Shown here: one piece after another, positions 1-14,102 of the stretch
Numbering within the stretch: position 1 is the first letter of the stretch
Layout of the letters: every line of letters begins with the position of its first letter
Source: Takakia lepidozioides
Lineage: Eukaryota > Plantae > Bryophyta
Reading direction: 5' to 3'
NCBI GenBank assembly: GCA_030704615.1
Contig: CM060731.1
Coordinates: 76,942,001 to 77,006,000 of the forward strand
Length of the DNA: 64,000 bases
The notes under the pieces: generated by a model
What the model saw: only the letters and a program-made list of their open reading frames with translations
The model's database searches: none
What the model was told of the DNA's origin: nothing
Made by a program: the position numbers and the translations under genes

Positions 1-30
1 TTCTGTGGGACGAACAGGTTTGCCACTTTC

Positions 31-2207
31 AGTTGTTTGGATTCGGCTTGTAACGATTGATTAAGTTGTCAATCTAATGATAAGTTGGGTTAGCAACAAG
101 ATCGTCTTATCATGTGTCGATGTATCTGTTGTGTAGCATATCTCAATCACGCCTGGGATATGGTGCTTAGGTTTCTGCTGTTAAGTCTCGATATATCCTT
201 TCTTCTCTCCACTAATTTTGTGCAGCTCTTGTGATGTATATTTTTGGAAAATAAGTGGCCTGTTGGATTTTCATTAAAAGATAACATCTTTTTGTATATA
301 CCATCATTGGTGGCTGAGCTTGTCTTTGGCTTATATGTTGTAGAGCCTAGGAGATTGTGGTAAGCAATTCAGTCTCTGAACATTATAATAGTCATCATTG
401 AGGAATTGGATTTGTTCTGGCCATGGTTTCAAAGCCTGCCAGCAGTAGCAATCAAAGTGTGAGTGAGAGCCAGGAGACCGTTAATTTTTAGAGTTATGGG
501 ACATGTAATGTGCAGGCAGGAACACAATGTGGATGCTATTCTCATGGTTAAGGTGCGGAATCAGGTGTCAATCCCTAGCAAATCTACAACCAAGCTGTGA
601 CTGAAACCTCTAATGAAACCTCTGATGAAAGCCTTTTGCACTCCTGCCTACTTCACTAGCAGCGTTGCTGCTTGTATGACAAAGTGTCTATGTCTACCTA
701 CTCAAACCCCCCAACACTTGAATTCATGCATCTTTCTTCTCCGATTTACACATGCTATCTCAATTATCATCGATGCAATTTGGGGCCTGTGATGAATTTT
801 TCCTTTGAAATAGTGGTGGAGTAATTGATTGTGCGGACGAAAGGGAAGTAAGTAGGAGTACCTTCATCATGTTTCCACCTTCATGCTCCAAACCTACAAC
901 TCCGCCTCTTGGATGTGAATTTTTGAGGTACAGAGCATATAACAGTTTTTCCAATGTTACATAAAGAAACACTCACAACGACCTGCACCGCTCTCAAAAA
1001 AAGAGAAAGAGAACTGAAGGAAGTCTTTTGGGTTTGGCAGTGACTAAGCTGCAGACTGCAGCCAGCAACATCCGGCTCATCAAAGAAAAATCTCTACTTT
1101 CAAGCCTAGATTCGCAATTCTCTGTCCAAGTTCAAACCAACGAGGAGGAATCCCAGCCGTTGTGATCCGGTTCTTTGGCAGTTGATTGTTGATGTCGTCG
1201 CAGGTACCATGGGGTGGACTTCGATGAGGAGACGTGAGCTGGTGGTGTTGATGGTCACAGGTGGTGCTGGAGAGCGTTCACGAGAAAATGGGGAAAGGAG
1301 ATTTGGGAATTCTGCTGCAGTCGGCCTTGGCGATTTTCTTCAGTTGGTGTGCCGCATTTTCTTTTTCTATCTTTCTAATGAAGAGTGTACTATGCTTTGG
1401 AACTGCGTGGCATGGTGCCTATATTTATGAAGGGCCGAAGGTGCAAAGCTCGTGGGTATTGAAAGCACAGAAACCAGATTTTTTGCTAAGAGGATGGTGC
1501 AATTATCGGCGATGGGGTGCTCCTAAACCCAAAATATTCTTGGCCGTGAATGTACTTTGATGTAAGTGAGGGCTGAAGCTTCTTCCCACGAACTTTTGAG
1601 CTAAGCTAATCCCTAGTCATGGTCACACTTGATTGCTTGCGTAGACTCAGTGATCACAACACAGAAGCTAACCAAGTACAATCAGTGCTGTGAAAATTCT
1701 CAATTTTGATATGTATCCTGTAGATAGCTATGAGTGGATTGACACTGTCAGTTAAATAGTCCAAAGAATGACCTTCGAACCAACAAATTTCCAAGATGGG
1801 AAGCCGAGAGTGAGTGCATCACGCCGGAGTTGGGGTGCAAAGGTTGAGCCACACTGAACCTGTGTCGTTTGAGAGTTTTAGCTTTTGGGGGCAACAACCT
1901 GGACTAATCTCTGCTTCAACAAGTAGGTTTGTGATGTTTTCTGTGTTTGTGCCCTCTCTGGGTACCATGGGGACCTCACCTGAGCTCACCTGGAGACGAC
2001 CCACCAAAGAATCATAAAAGCTGCCCCTTATTTGGCAGGACAGGAATTGCACTGGAGGGACGGCTAAAATTTCAATTGATTATGAGACACAGGTTCAACA
2101 TCTCTGAGATTGGTTTCCAGTGTCACAAGTGTAGATCAGTAGGCTACCTTCAAGGCAATGCATGCATTTTTCTGTGTTGTTTCACAAGGATGTCAAATGT
2201 TGGTCTT
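31..2207. repeat. Segmental duplication A (uninterrupted copy); its inverted copy is split into 24836-25792, 32188-32284 and 49142-50279
   Basis: Reverse-complement matches read directly: 2161-2207 vs 24836-24883; 1160-1256 vs 32188-32284; 31-90 vs 50220-50279. ORFs 1947..2285(+) and 24734..25102(-) translate almost identically. Confidence 0.93.
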
Positions 2208-2225
2208 TTCGTGAATGTGTGCAGA

Positions 2226-3125
2226 ATGAAGGGAGCCTTTCATTCAGGCCAGCATGGGTGCATTATATGGGCGTATCTCCCGTAAAGCGTGAGGCAGAGC
2301 GGCTGCCAGCAACGGTTGTTGCTGATCTCAATGGAGATGGCCACAACAACCTTAGAAGTCCAGCTTCAGGTGACTTTTTCTTCATAGGCACCTGGTTAAG
2401 GTTTAGTGCAGCACCATGATTGTCGGCATAAAAGTGACTTGGAGTTCAGTTTACCTCTCTTTTTACCTTTGCGTAAAGATAATAACTTTCAAGTTCATGA
2501 ATGTGGAGTCTAAGCTATCAATAGCCATCCAGCCACTGACATCTTTCCATCTTCAGGTCATTGATCCACGAGTGTCATTTGCAGAGGATGGTTTTGCGGA
2601 AGCACGGTTGCTGGCAGATGTTTCTTGCTTGCCAGATAAAGTTCGAGTGGGTTCTGGATGGAGACCTGTTGCTCTGGCTACAGGCAACATAAAGTGGACC
2701 TACACAACTGGGTAAAACAAAAAGTAAGTGATTGGGGTGGTAACAGCTGGCTGGGCTGTGCTTTGATCACAACCTGAAGAAATTGTGGAAGGATGATATT
2801 CAGGTCTATTATCACTGAAGCATGGAGATACAGGTCTGATCATTGTGGGGGGCAGCATGGAGGTTCAGCCTCAGGTATGATCTATCTTGCTGGTATTGTG
2901 ACCAGTGCTGTAAGATTGAGATAAGCTTTGTATTCAACAAGGGTTTCGAAACTTTGTTGAGGTCAAGCATGTGACTCGCTATTGCTGGTCAGTATTGCGA
3001 AAGCCTTGAAGTTGACACATAGGAGTTTTGTTCTTGATTTTGCAGGCACACTTGGATCCTTTTGAAGAGGAGGTACTGGTTGAAAAGGGTGCCGAGCATC
3101 ACAATATTTAGCTGGTGACAAGGAG
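2226..3125 (+). pseudogene. NERD1: 5' fragment of an FG-GAP repeat membrane protein gene (Arabidopsis At3g51050/NERD1-like); stops, deletions, 3' part absent
   Basis: Exon translations LPATVVADLNGDG, DGFAEARLLADVSCLPDKVRVGSGWRPVALATG, FDHNLKKLW, LKHGDTGLIIVGGSMEVQPQ and HLDPFEE match the NERD1 N-terminus as recalled. GT-AG introns are present, with an in-frame stop at 2713-2715. Confidence 0.75.
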
Positions 3126-6100
3126 GTAAGTATCACTTACACAAACTGATATCTTGCCTAACTGCGTGCAATGTAACCATCATTCAGTCATTCATCAGAG
3201 AATTTTGTTTGCCTCCAGAAATGGCTGGAGTATCCTCTCTCATACCCACTGATGGTTTTTCTTAGAAAGATTTGAGGACACTAATGTAGAAAACTGCCAC
3301 CCCACACCTAAATGTCATTGGGAAATGCATACCAACCCTGTCACTACACCAGAATAACCGTCGTCAACATAGTCGTTTACACTGTCCTACAATTGAGCTA
3401 CCTATCTAATAATTAGGTACTCCAAGACCTCCCTCAGTATCTTTGTTGTTCTCATTTTCTAAATACTAAATCCAAGCTTGGAATTCCATAAATCTCACAT
3501 ATTAGAATTTTTTTTGTTTTTTTTCTTTAAAGAAACGGGTTGTTTGGCCACAAGGAAAAAATAGTCATCCGCAAAGGCCACGAGTCGTTCATCAATGATC
3601 CAGTAACCAGCCACCATAGGGAAGGAGAGTGAGCATGATGGACATCGGACCTCCAGTCGACTTGGGAGTCACCTAACCACTGGCAATCTCCTGCAGACCT
3701 GGAGGACAGAGATGTCAATTGAAGACACCAAAATAACAAGGGGATTCGAAAGTGCGAGCACATCTCAATTTGGAATCCCTCAATTTGGAATCCCTGCGTC
3801 AGAAGCGGTGATGGAAGAATGGCATAAGCAATGAGCGGCCAACCATTCGGCCTTTCTTTGGATTCTTCCTTTGTCCTGTACACCAGAGGCTCCTAACAAT
3901 ATATGTAAATCTTGCTCCATGCAGGTGGAAGTGACGATGGAACATTGTTTTGTTTCGTGTCCTTTCCTGTGTAGATCTGGTCTGAAACTCAATCGCTCCA
4001 CAGGCACTGGAAAGGTTTGGAGACCCTGCAATTCTATTACTCAACATCTCAAATTTGGGGCCATCAAGGAACTGTGCGCCATGGGCCTGCTCTACTACTC
4101 TCTGTGGTTCACTGTGAAAAACAGTAAGCTTTGAACCGAGACTTTACCAAAAATAAGAAACCAACCAGACAATCGCTAATCATCACAGTAAGCTGGGGAC
4201 CTACGAGACGAACTAAGCAGCCAGCACTGTAGAAATACAGACAAGAAAGACCTGAGGGGTATGAACGACTAAACCTACTGTACTGGGATGCCAAAACCTG
4301 GTAGCTACAAGTCCAGCAGTCGAGTCAGCAAACGAGGCCCTCCTGCAGCACTCTAATCTAACACCGGAAGGACACAATAGCAAACAGTAGAGCATCTGAT
4401 TGCAAACTCGTACTCTGAAACCTAAGAGACATCCAAAATTGGGTAGAAATCTGAACAGTTCCAGCCGAAACATATTTCCATGCTGCATTGGGACTAACAA
4501 ATGTGCCCATTTACCTGAATAGTTTACCTGCGATAGTAAGAGAAGAGATCTCCATTTGTAACCTATCTTGGCTGAGAAAGCAAAGAAGGGCTGTGTTTTC
4601 TCCTGTGCACACCATCTCCATTCCCCTGATCCCAAAACAAATCCACCGGTGGGACCAGTGGGAGTTTCTGAAACCAAGTGACTGAGATGGCCTTACCCCA
4701 CTGGAGCAATGTGCCTATCCCCTCCCATAGATAGGATCTATGGAAACTGCAGAATCAAAATAATGGACTGCAAAAGTAGGGCGAGCAGAACAGAACACCT
4801 CTCCATGACAAAGTAAGAGAGCCCTCGGTCAGATGCGAACCCCAGCCCTGCCGCTACACTGTTGGTTACTGATTCAATGTATATGATTCACTGGGGTTAC
4901 TGCTCAGACGTGTACCCTCTCCATAGGACCTTGTAATTCTATAAAATGTAAACAGTGCGCCCAACCTTCCGTTCTACGTCTTTCTGGATACTGGCAATCC
5001 AGCACTCCCATGGACCATAACCGTAACCATACTCTCCCTCTCCCTCTCCCTCTCTCGGATGTTGGTGAACTTGCAAACCCAGTGGGGTCTTCAAACTAGC
5101 CACATTTGACCCCGAGTTAGATTTTTATGAAGCTCCACCGCCTTTACCACATTATATGAGATGTAACGAACCGGCATTAGCAAAACTTGTTTGTATTCAC
5201 CATTCAAACAACCCACAAAGTCTCTTCATAGAGTTAATCTACTTACTGAATCGGCTATTTGGCCCCCCACAGCCATGGTCTATATAGCATACCTAACTAA
5301 GTTGACAACAAAATGTGTCAACCAAAGTCCATAATATGAGTATATCCGGAATGGATCAACAGTTGGGTTACCCCTAATGGACGAGTCGACCTGATTTGGG
5401 TCGATTGGATATTTCAACCGTCGGTGGGCCCCTTGGATGAATCTGGATGAAGATGGGCCCTGAACAAAAGTTGTAGCCCTTGAGATTCTGCGCCGGACAG
5501 AATTTATTGCACCCTAATTGGACAAATCATGCGCCGTCGGGATTTTTTGAAGTGATGATGAGCACCCAAAATCCAATGGTTTCTGGCCCTCCACGGGCTT
5601 TGACCTAGCCACGTGGCAGGCAAAATGGGCATCGGTGGCCCGATGCCGGCGATCGGGTGCATGCAGGGTTGGCATGTCCGCCCGTGCGGACATGGGATGC
5701 CACCCTGTGGCCAGTGATGGGTGGCGGCAGCATGGAACGGGCTCTCTCTTTGCGCGCACAAAGTCTGGGTTCCTGGAGCTTGCAAATCGTGGCCCCTCTC
5801 GCATTTCCTTGATGCTTTTGTGTGCATGTTTTGCTTGATCTTCCGTGGATCGCCCGCACTCGCTTCGTAGGGGGGTGTATTTCTGGGCTTCATTTTCAGG
5901 TCATGGCGACTTACCTCTCTCGAGCTCGAAGCGGCGGGAGCTGTTCTGTTTCCTGCTGTGTGTTCTAGACATTAGAGCTCGGGGTGTGGTTGCATTGACG
6001 CAGCTGTTAGGGCTGAGTGTTTGGCGTTTAGATTCTTGTGCCCTGCCGAATTTTCATTGTAATGCAAGTTGTCATTTTTGCTTGCATGTCGTTTTGTGAA

Positions 6101-6760
6101 ATGCTTTTATGCATTTGGGCTCTATGTTTTGTGTGGTAGGGGATGGTTGCAGGGGAGCGTGGTGTGTTGGGGTTTCATTTTGCAACTGGTTTTGGAGAGT
6201 TTGCGAAATTCGTCGAGGTACATCTTTCCTTCCTGTGCTTGGGGAAGATGGGCCATTTGCATTGATTCATCGTGAGGGCTTGCATTCATTTCCTGTGATC
6301 TCTGTCGGTCTCAGGGATTCGTATGGCACCAAAGAGGAAGGACGCTCCTGTGCCTGAGCCACCGTCGCCCCCACCCGAGCTTGCAGCTGCTGCAGAGATT
6401 ATAAGGGAGTGGGCGCTTGAGGAGCAGCAGTGCAAGGTAATATTGGGGTGTCTGTCTCCTGCCTTCCTCTGCAGTTTGCCTCCACCGCCGTTCGCCAATC
6501 GTTGGCCTCGCCACCCTCGTCCTCACAATTTTCGCTTTCTGTTTAGACGTTAGGTAGCTCTAGTTCTTGGTTGGAGATAGAGAAGAGAGGAAGGTGATAA
6601 GGAGGGGTTCAGTGACGCTGTGAATTCTGTTTTGAGAGATGATGCCTAGCCCGATGCTAACAGTCAGGCATCTGAAGGAGTTGGCTCGTGCAAAGAGGTC
6701 GATTCCTACAAGTGTGATAGCACCTCCCAAAGGTGTGGTGAGGGAAAAAAAAATAAGGGA

Positions 6761-7981
6761 GTGGTGAATTCGAGTGTTGTGGGATGTGTTGGCGGGCCTC
6801 TGGGTGCTGGGAGCATGCTTGCCGTCGGTCGGGCTGCTTTGGAGGACATGCATCCCAACACTAGTGCACTGGTTCCTTTTGGTGAGGGGTCTTCTAATCC
6901 TGTTTTGGGCCACGATGAGGCCTCCTCCGACATTGACGAGGATTTTGAGGGTGACGATGGGTACATGGGCGACTCTGCTGACGAAGCAGACTGGGAAAAC
7001 GAGGTGGTTGATATGGAGTGTGATGAGGAAATCTCGGGCGATTTTGTGGAGATGTTCAAGGCGAAGACGTGGGAAACCAACGCAGGCTCTGACTTTGTGA
7101 GTGATAGAGCTGCATTTTTTGGCCCTCAACCTGGTCCCTGCCTGCCTGAGATGAAGGGCTCACATCCGATTTGGTTTTTTGGTTTGTTTTGGAGGCGACA
7201 GGTGCTTGGGCGAATATGTAGGGAGTCCAATCGTTATGCTGCTGAACCTTTCGGTATGGGCACTCGTGGGGGGCCTGGGTGGAAAGAGCTCACTGTTCCT
7301 GAGCTCAGGGCTTGGATTGGAGTCTGTGTCTTCATGGGCATGAAGAAGTTGCCCCGAACACGATTTTACTGGCAACACTCGGAGACATTCTTCGCTTGTC
7401 CTGTCATCCGCAAAGTGATGACTCGAGATAGGTATGAGGCCATACTCCGTTGTTTGCATCTTGTTGACAACGCCACGTTGGTGGCAGATCGTAAGAGTCG
7501 GAATTATGATAAGCTCGGAAAGCTTAGGTGGGTGTGTGAGGAGATTGTGGATAGGTGTAAAAGTCTCTGGAATCTAAACAAAATGGTGACTGTCGACGAG
7601 GTGATGATCCGTTACAAGGGGAAGTACTCCCCAATTAGGATGTATATGCCTAAGAAACCATGCAAATGGGGCATCAAGATGTGGGCCTTGGCTGACTCGG
7701 AGACTTCATATGTCTACGACTTTTCAGTGTATGCTGGTAAGAATGCAGGAGGGCCAGATGGCGAGAGGCAGAAAACTGGGAAGGGAGAAGGTTACGATGT
7801 GGTCACCCGGCTGGCCTACAGGCTGCATGGTTTGGGCCATGTCATTGTGACTGATAATTACTTTACAGGGGTCCAGCTTCTATATGACATGGCCAAACTT
7901 GGCGCTTGGGCCACTAGCACGGTAAGAGTGAACAGAAAGGGTCGGTGTTGGAATGAGGCACACCGGCATGCCTTGAGGTGA
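6761..7981 (+). pseudogene. piggyBac (PGBD/DDE_Tnp_1_7) transposase, C-terminally truncated; probable upstream exon 6323-6437
   Basis: Motifs ELRAWIGVCVFMG, MTRDRYEAILRCLH, VTVDEVMIRYKG, YMPKKPCKWGIKMW, VIVTDNYFTG, STVRVNRKG. The third catalytic Asp and the Cys-rich tail are not seen. Confidence 0.88.
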
Positions 7982-8009
7982 CTGAATTCTGGCTTGCTGC
8001 ACTGTCTTC

Positions 8010-8570
8010 TTTCTTTGTGTGTGCATATGTTTGTGTGGGTGGGGGTTCACCAGGGTGTGGGACTGCATGCAGGTATGCTGGGGGCTGTGGATGGCGTGTG
8101 TGCGTGGGGCGTGGGGTGTGGGTATCTCTGATCTGTGGTGGGTATGGGTTCTTCTCAAGTTGGGGGGTTGTGTGTGTCCATGCTGGTTGATGGGCAGTGG
8201 GGGTCATGGGGGGTTCGTGGTGACGGTTCAATGGCAGTGGAGGGGTGTGGGGGTCATGTCGCTGCTGGTTGATGGGCAGTTTTGGGAGTGGGGGGGTCAT
8301 GGGGGTCTGTTGCTTGCTCATTGTGGGCTGTTTTGGTGATGGGGGAAGGGCTGGTGATGGCTCACAGGCTGTGGGGGTGATGGGGATCTGCTGCTGCTGG
8401 TTGAGGGGCTGTGGAGGTGATGGGGGTCCTTCCGTGTTGGCGTGTGTGCGTTGTGTTTGGGTGGTTTCACAGTTTTGGGGGGGGACTGTCTGCACACTGG
8501 GCAGATCGGGGGGTTCAACTCCCCCCCATTTCGTGGATCATGTCTTCGGGGTGGTGTGTGGTTTGGGTTC
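8010..8570. repeat. G/T-rich low-complexity tract inside the piggyBac
   Basis: Runs of gggggt/gtgtg/gttg; the ORFs across it are compositional artefacts. Confidence 0.7.
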
Positions 8571-9505
8571 GCTGCATTCAAAGGAAAAGCAGGAGCTCAA
8601 GGGGAGCTTGAACACAAATGGGCCACATTCGTGACGGTTGGTAGTTGTTAGTTTTTCAGTTGCCTGTCAGGTGGAACGCCGAAACGTCGGGCGTTCTCGG
8701 GCCCTTTTTTGGGTGTTAATTTTGGGGTCCCCCCGAGTTTTCTGTGTCAATCAGTGACGTAGCCCCCTTTTTGTAGCCGGAATTGTCTACCGGCTCAGGC
8801 AATACATGGCCTGAGCTGGGATTCAAGTAGATATACACCTACTTAGAAATCTCTGCCTGCATTTTGGTTAGAATTCAGAAATTCTTTTTGGAGGTAGTAG
8901 GAAATCATAGGAGGAACAATTCCACCGTTGGAATTCTGGTTCCAATGAAAATTTCGACCCCTATGGCTGAATTACAGGTCAATTGAAGCACATAGTGCTT
9001 TTTGACCCCCCTGTTTTCCCATACAAAGGAACCCTATGCAGATTTTGGAATTCTGCTTTGCAAATTTGGGGCAAGTTGCTTTAGGTGCCTGAGAATTGGA
9101 ATGTGGTTGGGGTCTTGCAAGGAAAAAATATTTTTTCGGTCCAATTGTCTGGTCAAACCAATTTTTTCCTCTAAAATTGGAATACACTACAGATTTAGAT
9201 CTTACCATTTTGTTATAATCTTCCTAATGACACGGTGAAATAGGCTGAAAGTTTTACAGCAGGTGCATGAGGTAGGTAGCGTCCCTTTCATACGGTTCAT
9301 CCCTGTGGATGTTTCTTAGCTGGGAGATATATCCTCATCCGTGAGGGTATGTGCTGTTTTGGAGTGGGCCCACCAAAAACAGCCTCAGGCCCAATTTCCC
9401 TCTTTCATAGCTATAGCTATACTAGATGCAACAGCATGTAAACCTGCACGGACATGGATACACGCATCATACTGAACGTTTATTTGCCTGTTTGAGCTTC
9501 GATCT

Positions 9506-9925
9506 TCAGTGGAGTATCTTCCTGCCTCCGAGTGCAGAATTATCTTGATCCGCAAGCTCCTCGTGAGCAGCATCAACTAGCGTGGATTCAAGCAAAGAAC
9601 GTCGGTGACAATTGTTCCAGGCCGAAGTCCCGTAATTGTTCATGACATTGTTTTGTAGGTTGTAGTAGGTTAACTCATTGGTGCCATCTAGCGTCTTGCA
9701 AATAGCAGAAACATCATATTCCGATCCAATCACGCCACTTCCTCGTGAGGTGCATGACGTCGAGAAACCAGATCCCTGCACCTGCAAGTTCCCGTTGTTG
9801 TTGCCTAGAAAGGGATTGAGATCTAAACTAGAAATCACGCTCTCTCCAATCGTATTTGTGCAAGAGGCTGAGAGGACGCTTCCCGAGAAATATATAGATG
9901 TGCAAGATGCAGCAAAATTACCACA
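9506..9925 (-). pseudogene. Cyanovirin-N homologue (CVNH) lectin copy 1: exon 2 open, but signal-peptide exon cut off by a copia insertion in the intron
   Basis: FAASC...VLSASC...SSLDLNPFLGNNNGNL...GSGFSTSC...YNLQNNVMNNYG is a CVNH pattern. Acceptor tacag|TGT at 9925. Homology with the paralogue's intron stops at the copia LTR (10222). Confidence 0.82.
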
Positions 9926-10221
9926 CTGTATTGAACGCCACCACATACACACACATCCATGAATTAATCATCTGTATCTTTGTCCGTTGGACAGTGGAAC
10001 AGTAAATGCACAAATCAAAATCACAATGCATATTGGGGGCATATTTGTCATTCCAACAACACAAATCCAAATGGACGAGTGATGTAGGCGGTAGTATGTT
10101 CGTCAAATTTGATCGGAAAGTGCCATAGGTACATCATCTACAGCACTGTACCAAGACCGTACCCTATATATCGAACTCCCAAAGCACCCACAATAATGGA
10201 TAGGGTGATTATCGAGGATCC

Positions 10222-13200
10222 TGAGGAGAAAAACATAATCTGAGAGAATAGAGGGGGCACCAGTAACACCCCCAAAGATATACATGAGGTTGAGGGTGCG
10301 CCGCCCTGTGACAGACGTAGCTAGCTACAGTGAATCTAATCCCTAGAATGTAAGGCACAAAACAAAGTTGACAATGCTAACTATAGGATAAACAATAAAG
10401 ACCAAACTGATAAGCCTACGCAGATACAGCTAATCTAACTAGTAAAGATAGTAAGCCTGGTTGTCCTCATTTACAACACCTTCTCTACAGCCAGGCACCA
10501 GAAACAGCAGAGAGATGAGATAAGGATCGAACACCAATAAAATGACGATGCTTCTCAAACAGTTGTCTGCCTACAAGTTTAGTAAAAATGTCTGCATGTT
10601 GTTCGTCACTAGCAACATGTTCGAGTTTCACCTGGCCTTCTAGTATTCGTTCTCTTATGAAGTGATGTTTCGCTTCTATGTGTTTGGTACGTGCGTGAAA
10701 AACGGGATTGAGTGCCAATTTAATAGAACATGGATTGTCGCAATTCAAGTGAAGATCCTGCAGGGTAGGAATGGAGGCCTTGGAGAGATCCGACTGGATT
10801 TGCACATTTTTGCATTCGAGTGAGACTGCAGTGGTAGATCAGGCCTTTAATTCCTGTAATAGCCTTCTAAGATAGACTGCTTCCTTTGTGGCTTCAGACA
10901 AAGCTTTATATTCGGCTTCTGTAGTGTTGTCTGAAACGGTGGCTTGCCTTTTGCTTGACCATGAAATTGCCCCAGAAGCCATTGTGAACACATAACCACC
11001 AGTAGAGCACCGAGTCTCTAAGCAACCCAAATAATCAGCATCCGAATAACCAATGAGAGTGAGATTGGGGCTGCACTGGAAGGGGCTGCACTGGAAGAAA
11101 AGACTATAGTCCATTGTTTTCTTCACATAGCGTAGAATGTGATATACTGCTTCCATATGTTGTTGCTGCGGTTTTGACATAAACCGAGCCACCAATCCGA
11201 CAACATATGAAAGGTCTGGGCGAGTGTTAGTTAAGAACAACAATTTTCCCACCAATTGGCAATACTCAGTAATATCAATCAGAGCAGTGTCCGTTTCAGA
11301 TTGAGTTACAAATCCATCGAGAAGTGGTGTGTGCTCCATCGTGCAATCTTCCATGCCTTGGTCCTTCAGAATTTGTTGAGCATATGTACGTTGATGCATT
11401 AGCATCCCTTGATATGTGCGAGCAAACTCAACACCAAGGTACTTAGTGATCTCACCGAGATCCTTCATCTCATATTTATTTTGAAGTTGTTGCTTTATCT
11501 AAGAAATTTTTGAGGCATCATTTCCTGTAATCAAGAGATCATCGACGTATAGTAGCAAGAAAACAACAGCTGATCCTTCTTCCAGATAGTATAGGTTAGG
11601 GTCTGCATCACTGCGGATCCAGCCTTCAGTTCTCAGAAATCAATCAATTTTGTGATATCATGCACGTGGAGATTGTTTTAGCCCATACAAATATTTCTTT
11701 AACTTGCATACCAAATGCTCAAGTCCTTTTTCTTCAAAGCCCGGTGGTTGCTGCATGTAGATTACTTCTTCAAGGTTTCCATTAAGAAAAGCAGTAACAA
11801 CGTCCATGTGTGAAATTGGCCACCCAGCTGCAACTGCCATCACTATGATAGCCCTCAAAGTTGACCAGCGAACAACTGGAGCAAAAGTTTCTTTGTAATC
11901 AATGTCGTGTTGTTGCTCTATGCCTCTAGCCACAAGTCGTGCTTTGAGACGAGTCCTGGTTGGACTGTTGAGGTCATTGATGGGCTTAGCTCTATAAATC
12001 CATCTGGCCGACAGTGGTCGTCTACCCGCTGGTAACTCAGTCAACTCCCAAGTCCTGTTCTTCAGCAGAGACTCAAATTCTTCCCGCATTGCAGCATTCC
12101 AACCTAGATCATTGAATGCCTCAGAGAAAGTGATAGAATCAGTCACTTGGTCACTAGTTTCCACAACGTATAGTTCCACGTTATCTGGTAAGTAGAGCTC
12201 AAAATCATTGTACTTATTATTTATTTTTTCTCTTGATGCTCTAGTAGAACAACGAGTAGGCTGCATAGGTCGTTGGCTAGTATTTGACGTAGAGGCTTCA
12301 TTGGTGGAATCAATCTGCCGCTGAGGTTCCAATGAAGGCCTGTCCTCATCAGTAGCAGCTTCAAAGTGTTGCTCTAGTTCAGGCTGCTCATGCCGATGAT
12401 GTTCTTGGGCAATCTTCCTCTCTGGCTCACGAGGGTGAGCCTGATCCGAACCAAGAACAGGCAACAATTCATCGAAGAATATGGGAGGAGGAGGCACATG
12501 CTGGAAATCCCCAGGCGCCTCTTCAACAAAAGTGACATTCGGGCTAATGAGAATTCGACTACGGAGTGGATTGTAGCACCGGTAGCCTTTTGTTTGAGTA
12601 TCATAACCAACAAGAACTGCCTGAACTGCCTTAGCCTGAAGTTTGGACCTAAATTGAGATGGAATATGGACAAAGGCAGTACATTCAAGAACACGGAGAT
12701 GAGAAAGGTTGGGTTTATTACCGTTGAGTGCTTGAAAAGGGGTTTTGAGATGTAGAGCCCGAGTACAGCAACGGTTGAGGACGTAGGCAGCAGCATGAAC
12801 AGCTTCCATCTAGAGAAAACTGGGGAATTTGGAGTCTATGAAGATGGCACGAGCAGCTTCGAGCAAAGTCTGATTCTTCCGCTCAACAACACCATTTTGA
12901 TGTGGGATGATGGGAGCAGTCAATTGGCGACGAATTCCATGGTAGTGGCAGTATTGAAGAAAGTCATGAGACATGTACCCGCCACCATGATCTGTCCTCA
13001 GACAGGAAATTCTCGACTGGAATTGACTTTCAATCATGGCCTTGAACTCCTTAAAACGAGCAAAAGCTTCACTTTTACTAGCGAGAAAATACACCCAAGT
13101 AAAGCGAGAATAATAGTCAATAAATATTAAAACATACTTGGCAGAAGCAGTCATTTTTACTGGTCCACATAAGTCCGAATGTACCAGCTGAAATGGTCGG

Positions 13201-14102
13201 GTTGTTTGTGTCTGCGCCCGTTTTGGAATCCTTTCGCGATGCTGCTTAGCAAGTATGCAAGCGGTGCATGTTCGTTTGGCCAATGGAAGTTTGGGAGTCC
13301 CTGTGACTAGCTCCTTAGTCGTCATATGATAAGCCGATTGGAAATTAAGATGACTTTGCCGCCTGTGCCAAAGATCGACCACATCGGTATTGGTTTGTGT
13401 AATTTCAAGAACTTGGGGTGGTTCTGAAACAACCTTGTGTAACAAATACCGAGATGTATGTGGACGACAATGATTGAATGAAGGAAGAGAAGTGATACCT
13501 CGTGAATATCGATGCGTGTGTTGGCCAGGCAATGCAGCAGAAAGACGGTACAAGTTGTTACGTGGATTTCGAGTAGATTGGAGAGCAACAAGCTGAGGAT
13601 TATCTTTATCAAACACATAACAAGCTTTGGAATAAAAAAGAATAAGATGCCCAGTATCTATTAGCTTGCCAACAGACATGAGATTCTTATATGCACCCGG
13701 GACGTAAAGAACATTGCGTACAGCTTTATTATCAACATTTGCGGTGCCCTTGCCCAAAATGGGAAGCTTGGAGCCGCTGGCTGTGGTTACATATGGATTA
13801 GATGAGCTAGACACAAATTCGGACAAGGCTGTTTTATCACCGGTAATATGGTTACTTGCACCGGAGTCCATGTACCAGTCTCGCTCACCAAGTCCTAATT
13901 CTGTAAGGTTAGCTGAAATTTCTTCAGAGAAGTCACCAACCTCTTCTTCATAGTCATCATATGCTTCAGCTAAATTAGCTTGTGATTTCATTTTGCGGAG
14001 ATTGGAAGCTCGGAGCCATAGCTGTGAGATCTGATCATCAAGTTTTTTCAGTTCGCACTCAGTTTCCCAGTGTCCATGCTTAGTACAGTAGTTGCATGCC
14101 CC
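10222..14102 (-). mobile_element. Ty1/copia retrotransposon: 3' LTR 10222-10469, degenerate pol, 5' part missing
   Basis: LTR TGAGGA...TCCTCA. Domain order zinc knuckle (CNYCTKHGHWETEC), protease (WYMDSGASNH), integrase (LVHSDLCGP, QNGVVERKN), RT (KARLVARG, LYVDD), RNase H (YSDADY, HARTKHIE). Several stops. Confidence 0.93.

Larger units (their letters stand above)
5371..9386 (+). mobile_element. piggyBac-like DNA transposon, right end deleted
   Basis: The paralogous empty site is TTAA (51485-51488). The left end reads tta|cccctaatgg (CCC terminus) and the element contains a piggyBac transposase. No GGG-TTAA right end is visible. Confidence 0.8.
4589..10221 (+). repeat. Segmental duplication B, copy 1 (4589-5370 + 9387-10221, split by piggyBac); direct copy at 50723-52317
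   Basis: ggctgtgttttctcctgtgcacaccatctcc... recurs at 50723. Homology runs to ggatcaacagttgg(g)tta, resumes at aggcccaatttccc (9387 / 51488) and ends at atcgaggatcc (10221 / 52317). Confidence 0.92.

Noticed and set aside
7880-8651. Overlapping Pro/Thr/Gln- or Gly/Val/Cys-rich ORFs
   Set aside because: They arise from the G/T low-complexity tract and show no domain signal.
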